From: Candidatus Bathyarchaeia archaeon
GTDB lineage: Archaea; Thermoproteota; Bathyarchaeia; Bathyarchaeales; Bathycorpusculaceae
Direction of reading: 5' to 3'
Length of the DNA: 64,000 nt
Assembly (NCBI GenBank): GCA_049516875.1
Contig: JBEKSS010000006.1
Coordinates: 1 to 64,000, forward strand
Part shown: positions 58,484 to 64,000 of the stretch, in pieces
Position numbering within the stretch: the first letter of the stretch is position 1
Layout of the letters: each line of letters starts with the position of its first letter
Made by a program: the position numbers and the translations under genes
The notes under the pieces: generated by a model
Database searches by the model: none
What the model was told of the DNA's origin: nothing
Seen by the model: only the letters and a program-made list of their open reading frames with translations

Positions 58484-59410
58484 ATGGGGTTGAAAGAAAG
58501 CGGTCTAACAATTGATCTGGCAGGTCTGCAACTTGCTAACCCGACTGTGCTGGCTTCAGGAATCTTGGGCTACTCCACAGAAACGTTGGAAAGGCTTGTG
58601 AAAGGCGGCGCTGGAGCAGTGGTCACGAAATCCATCGGACTAAGAGCGAGGAAAGGCTACGCAAACCCAACAGTTGTTCAGGCAAGCTGCGGCTTGATCA
58701 ACGCGATGGGACTGCCCAATCCTGGAATCGACGAATATGTCAAGGAATTTCGTCAGGCCAAAGACGTTCTTAATGTCCCCTCGATCATGAGCGTCTATGG
58801 CTATACAGCAGAAGAGTATGCAACCCTTGCCAAGAAAGCCACGGCTGCAGGTGCCGATGCTGTGGAACTCAACGTGTCGTGCCCTCACGTTAAGGATACT
58901 GGTTCAGAGATCGGACAATGCCCAGAAGTTCTCGATGAGGTTGTCAGAAAAGTCAGGGCCTCTGTCAGCAAGCCTGTTTTTGTCAAGTTGTCCCCTAACA
59001 TCACAAGCATGGCAGACGTCGCTGAAGTCGCAGTTAAGGCTGGTGCCGATGGTCTGACGATTATGAACACCGTTAAGGCGATGGCTATAGACGTTGAGAC
59101 TGCCATGCCGATTCTGGGTAACAGGGTTGGGGGGCTTTCAGGTCCGGCAATAAAGCCCATAGCGCTCAGGTGCGTGTACGACGTTTATGAACGCGTCAAG
59201 GTTCCAATCATGGGATGTGGGGGAATCGTGGACTGGCGTGACGCAGTGGAGTTTCTGCTTGCTGGGGCCTCGGTCGTTCAAATCGGCACAGCCATATCCT
59301 TCAAGGGGGCGAACGTGTTCAGAGGGGTCGCGCTCGGAATAGAAAGATATCTCCAGAGCAAACATTTCGAGAAGGTGGAGGAGATTGTCGGTTTATCACA
59401 TCGCAGCTAA
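58484..59410 (+). CDS. pyrD: Dihydroorotate dehydrogenase, catalytic subunit (family 1B)
   Basis: LASG, TKS, NAMGLPN, ELNVSCPH, GGLSG. Confidence 0.95.
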   Translation: MGLKESGLTIDLAGLQLANPTVLASGILGYSTETLERLVKGGAGAVVTKSIGLRARKGYANPTVVQASCGLINAMGLPNPGIDEYVKEFRQAKDVLNVPSIMSVYGYTAEEYATLAKKATAAGADAVELNVSCPHVKDTGSEIGQCPEVLDEVVRKVRASVSKPVFVKLSPNITSMADVAEVAVKAGADGLTIMNTVKAMAIDVETAMPILGNRVGGLSGPAIKPIALRCVYDVYERVKVPIMGCGGIVDWRDAVEFLLAGASVVQIGTAISFKGANVFRGVALGIERYLQSKHFEKVEEIVGLSHRS

Positions 59411-60215
59411 TCGACTAAGGACAACATCAATTTTGGCCGTCAAGGCCGAGAGTCCAACCGTAAAGACTTTCACCTTCAAAGACGCGCAGTGCGCCAAGGC
59501 CCAACCTGGCCAGTTCGTGATGCTTTGGATTCCCGGTGTGGATGAGATCCCCCTGAGCATACTTGACGCTAACGAAGACGGTCTAGTATCAGTGGCGGTC
59601 AAGAGGGTGGGCGAAGCAACACAAGCGTTGCACGAGGCAAAGGCAGGCCACTTCCTAGGAGTCCGCGGACCCTTCGGCAACAGGTTCGCCATGGTTAAAG
59701 GAAGGGTGCTCATGGTTGCAGGGGGTACAGGCACAGCCCCCCTGCTGTTTCTAGCCAAAAGACTGGGGCCCAGAATGGCGAGGGGTGTCTTCGTTCTGGG
59801 CGCAAAAACCATGAATGAAATGCTCTTCATGAATCAGCTTCAACAGATTCTGGGCAAAAGCCAAACCCAGCTCATAGCCTCGACCGAGGACGGCAGCTGC
59901 GGTGTCACAGGCTTGTGCACAGAGCCCGTGGAGCAGGTTTTGGCCAAAGAGAAATTCAACATCATCTACGCGTGTGGGCCCGAAAAGATGATTCGGGAAG
60001 TGTTCGAACTCGCAGAAGAAAATCGAACAAACCTAGAAGCAAGCCTTGAACGCCTGATGCGCTGTGCCATAGGCCTCTGCGGAAGCTGTACAATAGGCAA
60101 GTACCGCGTGTGCACAGACGGCCCAGTATTCACTTCAAAACAATTCAGAGAAGTCAAAACAGAGTTCGGAAACTCAAAACGCGATCCCACTGGACGAAGA
60201 ATACCCCTAGACTAG
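59385..60215 (+). CDS. pyrK: Dihydroorotate dehydrogenase electron-transfer subunit
   Basis: PGQF, RGPFGN, GGTG, ACGP, CAIGLCGSC...CTDGPVF. Confidence 0.93.
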   Translation: MSVYHIAANRLRTTSILAVKAESPTVKTFTFKDAQCAKAQPGQFVMLWIPGVDEIPLSILDANEDGLVSVAVKRVGEATQALHEAKAGHFLGVRGPFGNRFAMVKGRVLMVAGGTGTAPLLFLAKRLGPRMARGVFVLGAKTMNEMLFMNQLQQILGKSQTQLIASTEDGSCGVTGLCTEPVEQVLAKEKFNIIYACGPEKMIREVFELAEENRTNLEASLERLMRCAIGLCGSCTIGKYRVCTDGPVFTSKQFREVKTEFGNSKRDPTGRRIPLD

Positions 60216-60431
60216 ACAAGGGAGCGCAGACAAACCGCCTGCAAAACGTCCTCGCAGTGAACGATTTCCGGCCTTGTCCAAACAAAGATGCACCAAGATT
60301 GAGTATTCAGAGAGGTTTCCGCCGAGACGATCAAGCACAGAAGCTCTGTCACTCGTGTTTAGGAGCGATAAGTAAAGGTTATATGTTGCTGGCGCTATTC
60401 TGATGTGTTTGCGGGTGCAATGTGATGAAAG

Positions 60432-63400
60432 GTGACCGCCAAATTCGGAACTACTTCTGAAAAAGGCTTGACGGCAGATTATCGCCCGCTTGAACTTGAG
60501 AAAGAAATACGTGAATTCTGGGAAAGAAACCGTGTGCAACAGAAGCTGACGCTTTTCAAAGAGAAGAACAACAACGGCGTCTTGGGCTACGTGGAAGGGC
60601 CGCCTACGCTTAACGGCATACCCCATGTGGGTCATGCGAGAGGCCGCGTTATGAAGGATCTTCGCTACCGATGGAAAACGATGCAGGGCTACTACGTACC
60701 TTTCTGGGCCGGATGGGACTGTCAAGGCTTGCCAGTGGAGTTAGAAGTGGAAAAGCTGCTGGGAGTGAAGAACAAGCGGGAACTGCTGGAAAAAGTGGGA
60801 ATGGAACACTTCATACGGGAATGCAAGAAAGCCATAATGAAATATCATAAGGAATGGGTGGCAGTTGACAGCAGACTCGGCGTCTTCATGGATCATGGCA
60901 AGGCGTACTGGACCTACAAAGATGAGTATATTGAAAGGGAATGGCAAATCCTCAAGCGTGCTTGGGACCAAGGCCTGCTGGAAGAAGGATACTATGTGGT
61001 CGCCTACTGCCCAGGCTGTCAAACAAGCTTGAGCAGCGCAGAGGTAGGCTACGAAGGCGCATACAAAGTAGTCGAGGATCCGAGCCTGTACTTCAAATTC
61101 AAACTCGCCGGCAGGCGGGACGAGTACTTCCTCGTCTGGACGACTATGCCTTTCACCCTCATAACCGACACGATGCTGGCCGTGCATCCTGAAGCAGAAT
61201 ACGCGAAAGTCAAAGTCAACGAAGAAAAATGGATACTTGCCAAGCCACGCGTTCAGCCAGTCATGCAGGAGTTAGGAATGGAAAAATACGAAATGATAGA
61301 AACTGTGATGGGAAAAGACCTTGAAGGAACGGGGTATGACTATCCGTTCAAGGACATAGTTCCTGAACAAGCAGAGCTTGAGAAAAAACATCCACTTGTA
61401 CATAAGGTAATACTTGAAGACTTCGTAGACGTGAACACCGCAACAGGAGTCGTGCACCAATCGCCAGGAAACGGTGAAGAGGACTTTTTCGCTGCACAAA
61501 AAAGAGGCGTTCCAATCTTCGCACCCTTCGACGACGAAGTCAAGTTCACAAAAGAAGCGGGGGTTTTCAACGGCAAATTCGCAAGAGACACGGACGCCAT
61601 TGTGGTTGAGGAACTGCGAAAGAGAGGCCTACTCGTTTCAGCTGAAACCCTGAAACATGAATATCCAACGTGCTGGCGTTCCCACCACAAGCTTGTGTGG
61701 TTAGCTAGAAAAGAGTACTTTCTGAGGACTGACAGAATAAGCTCGAAAGTCTTGGAAGCGGCTGAGAGAGTGAACTACTTTTACGAAAGCCCAAGAAACC
61801 GTTTCATATCCTTCTTGAAAGAAGGCAAACCGTGGTGCATATCCCGAGAGCGAGTCTGGGGAGCACCATTGCCTGTATGGAAATGCGAAAAGTGCGGAAC
61901 ACAAACACTTGTGGCAAGCAAGAAAGAACTTCTCGCGAAAGCTCAAGAGGAGCCACAGGCAGACTTTGAACTGCACAAACCATGGGTAGACCGCATAACC
62001 TTCAAATGCGAAAAATGCGGAGGGGTAATGCGCAGAGAAGATTTCGTGCTCGACGCTTGGCACAACAGTGGAGCGTCACCCTACGCCAGATTCACGGATG
62101 AAGAATTCAAAAAGTACGTGCCAGTCGACTATCTCACAGAAGCCATGGACCAGACAAGAGGATGGGCAAACACGCTGCTCTTGGAATACGTTATACTGAC
62201 CGGAAAAGCAGAACCGCCCTACAGGGCGTTCCTGTTTCAGGGTCTAACCCAGGATGCCCAAGGCAGAAAAATGAGTAAGAGCCTCGGAAACGTGATAGAG
62301 GCAAATAAAGCACTGGAGAAATATTCCTCGGACGTTTTCAGATTTTACGTGCTGAGAAAATGTCCTCCGCCGGATTCAAACGATTTTGATCCTCAAGAAC
62401 TGAGCCGGCGTCCGTATCAAGTGCTGTCCACGTTGTACCATCTCAGTAGATTCTTCGCTCAAAACTCCGAATTCGACGGCTTTGATCCTGAAGAACACAC
62501 GCTTGAATCTGCAAAACGTGGAAAGCAGTTGAAAAGCCCAGACCTGTGGCTCCTTTCAAGGCTTCAACTAACAATAGAGACCTATACGGCAAAGCTGGAA
62601 TCATGCGAATTCAACGTAGCCCTCGCTGCATTGGAAGATGCGGTAATAGAAGATCTGAGCAGACTTTACGTGCCCATGGTTCGGAAGGAACTGTGGACAG
62701 ACGACCCAGAGACTCTGGGCAGAAGGCTCGCGGTGTACTCGACACTATGGTATGTGCTCAAAACTATAACGCTGCTCTTCAATCCCGTTACGCCTTGCCT
62801 CAGTGAGGCGCTGTATCAGAAGGTCTACAGACAACTCGACTCAACGCTTCCCGAAACAGTGAATCTTGAAGACTGGCCGAAACCCGACGAAAGACTTCGT
62901 GACAGGGCAACAGAGGAGGACTTTCAGACACTGTTCAGCACAGTGTCACTGGTCTATTCCGCGAGGCAGAATGCTAAGCTGAAGAGAAGATGGCCTCTCA
63001 GCAAGATAGTGATAGTGGCTCCTGAAAGAGTCCGCAGGGCCCTCAAGAACGTCGAAGACCAGCTCCTAGAACTGACAAACGTCAAAACCGTCGAGTACCC
63101 TGAAACGGCCCCTCAATATGTCGCCGCAGAAGGTTGGACATCCGCGTCCGAGCACGATACACAAGTCTTCTTAGACGCCCATCGTGACCAGAAACTACTT
63201 GGCGAAGGATTGATGCGAGACTTGGCCAGAAGAGTACAGGTCCTTAGGAAAGAACTCGGGTACATGCCAACCGACGTGCTAGACGCCGTCCACATAGCTG
63301 AACTTGACCAGGAAACCATCCAACTCCTTCAACCCTACCTGCAACACATGAAGGAGCTTACACGCACAAAGAACATCCATCTGCGAATCAAACGCGAAGA

Positions 63401-63488
63401 AACCGAGACAGAATGGCACGAGTCACAATTAGACGAAAAGAGAGTCTACATTGCAATCCGTGCGGAAAGCAGCAAGCAGTCGACATGA
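60432..63488 (+). CDS. ileS: Isoleucine--tRNA ligase
   Basis: EGPPTLNGIPHVGH, GWDCQGLP, WTTMPFTL, WCISRER, DQTRGW, KMSKS. Confidence 0.95.
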   Translation: MTAKFGTTSEKGLTADYRPLELEKEIREFWERNRVQQKLTLFKEKNNNGVLGYVEGPPTLNGIPHVGHARGRVMKDLRYRWKTMQGYYVPFWAGWDCQGLPVELEVEKLLGVKNKRELLEKVGMEHFIRECKKAIMKYHKEWVAVDSRLGVFMDHGKAYWTYKDEYIEREWQILKRAWDQGLLEEGYYVVAYCPGCQTSLSSAEVGYEGAYKVVEDPSLYFKFKLAGRRDEYFLVWTTMPFTLITDTMLAVHPEAEYAKVKVNEEKWILAKPRVQPVMQELGMEKYEMIETVMGKDLEGTGYDYPFKDIVPEQAELEKKHPLVHKVILEDFVDVNTATGVVHQSPGNGEEDFFAAQKRGVPIFAPFDDEVKFTKEAGVFNGKFARDTDAIVVEELRKRGLLVSAETLKHEYPTCWRSHHKLVWLARKEYFLRTDRISSKVLEAAERVNYFYESPRNRFISFLKEGKPWCISRERVWGAPLPVWKCEKCGTQTLVASKKELLAKAQEEPQADFELHKPWVDRITFKCEKCGGVMRREDFVLDAWHNSGASPYARFTDEEFKKYVPVDYLTEAMDQTRGWANTLLLEYVILTGKAEPPYRAFLFQGLTQDAQGRKMSKSLGNVIEANKALEKYSSDVFRFYVLRKCPPPDSNDFDPQELSRRPYQVLSTLYHLSRFFAQNSEFDGFDPEEHTLESAKRGKQLKSPDLWLLSRLQLTIETYTAKLESCEFNVALAALEDAVIEDLSRLYVPMVRKELWTDDPETLGRRLAVYSTLWYVLKTITLLFNPVTPCLSEALYQKVYRQLDSTLPETVNLEDWPKPDERLRDRATEEDFQTLFSTVSLVYSARQNAKLKRRWPLSKIVIVAPERVRRALKNVEDQLLELTNVKTVEYPETAPQYVAAEGWTSASEHDTQVFLDAHRDQKLLGEGLMRDLARRVQVLRKELGYMPTDVLDAVHIAELDQETIQLLQPYLQHMKELTRTKNIHLRIKREETETEWHESQLDEKRVYIAIRAESSKQST

Positions 63489-63728
63489 CTAGCGAAAGCT
63501 TCGAGTCTTCAAACCGCGCGGTTTATCTCACGGACAGGTCGGAAACTGCTGCCCAGACATGGCTCGTAGGGCCTCAGAATGTCGGTGTGAGGTCGTGTTT
63601 AGTGAACCAAGGCTGCATACGATACGCACGGAGGTTTGTAATGTTACAGAGTGGGAACATGCCTTTTAAAGCTCGCCTACGAGGAGTGAATTGGCGATGA
63701 AGTTCATTGGGCTTGGCGAGGGAGAAGC

Positions 63729-63848
63729 GTGGCTAGAAGAATTTTCTGCGACAAATGTGGACGCGAGTTGAAGTCTTCCGAGGTCGTTCAATTGCTGGAA
63801 TACGATTTGTGCACTGCATGCTGTAAGAAGGTTCTCGGAAGCAAATGA
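63729..63848 (+). CDS. Zinc-finger microprotein, 39 aa (not in ORF track)
   Basis: MARRIFCDKCGRELKSSEVVQLLEYDLCTACCKKVLGSK*; GTG start after GAGGGAG. Confidence 0.6.
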   Translation: MARRIFCDKCGRELKSSEVVQLLEYDLCTACCKKVLGSK

Positions 63849-64000
63849 TCCCAGAGACATGTAGACTTGCGTGCCTGTCCTAGCGCTTTCTCGTTAGACG
63901 CGGTCAATGTAGAATAGGTCCGCCGTGACATAGTTTGTTTGCGAGTGTAGAAAAGGGCGGCTGACTAGAACATTGTTTCATAAATTATTTATGAGAGGAA

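Noticed and set aside
597-63860. Numerous 60-200-aa antisense or alternate-frame ORFs in the track
   Set aside because: They are shadows of well-supported genes
1-64000. CRISPR array, rRNA, integrase or transposase genes
   Set aside because: No regularly spaced repeats, rRNA signatures or recombinase motifs were seen

Overview
Archaeal chromosomal segment, most likely Bathyarchaeia (TACK). This is inferred from the unsplit Rpo2, the fused Rpo1, rpl30e/nusA, Nop5/fibrillarin, FtsZ with a CdrS-like RHH gene, and an intron-containing tRNA. It is mostly housekeeping: RNA polymerase cluster, MetRS, IleRS, Trm1, MtaB, RNase HII, pyrD/pyrK, nadA, pncB. Best leads: (1) a compact three-gene operon for a short, apparently hinge-less SMC5/6-type ATPase, a kleisin-like protein and a KITE (Nse1/Nse3-like) protein, i.e. 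a candidate minimal archaeal SMC5/6-like complex; (2) an acyl-CoA cluster with an isobutyryl-CoA-mutase-type B12 enzyme, a type III PKS-like enzyme whose catalytic Cys is Ser, and two thiolase/DUF35 pairs, one lacking the catalytic Cys; (3) a PadR/PadR, degenerate prenyltransferase, small membrane protein and MFS module reminiscent of ComQ-like prenylation; (4) a ~1.1 kb insertion between a divergent truncated copy and the intact copy of a radical SAM/SPASM gene, containing an inverted-repeat element; (5) a decayed family B DNA polymerase remnant, a strongly paired intergenic RNA-like element and several micro-ORFs missed by the ORF track. All family assignments come from motif recognition by eye; no database searches were run.
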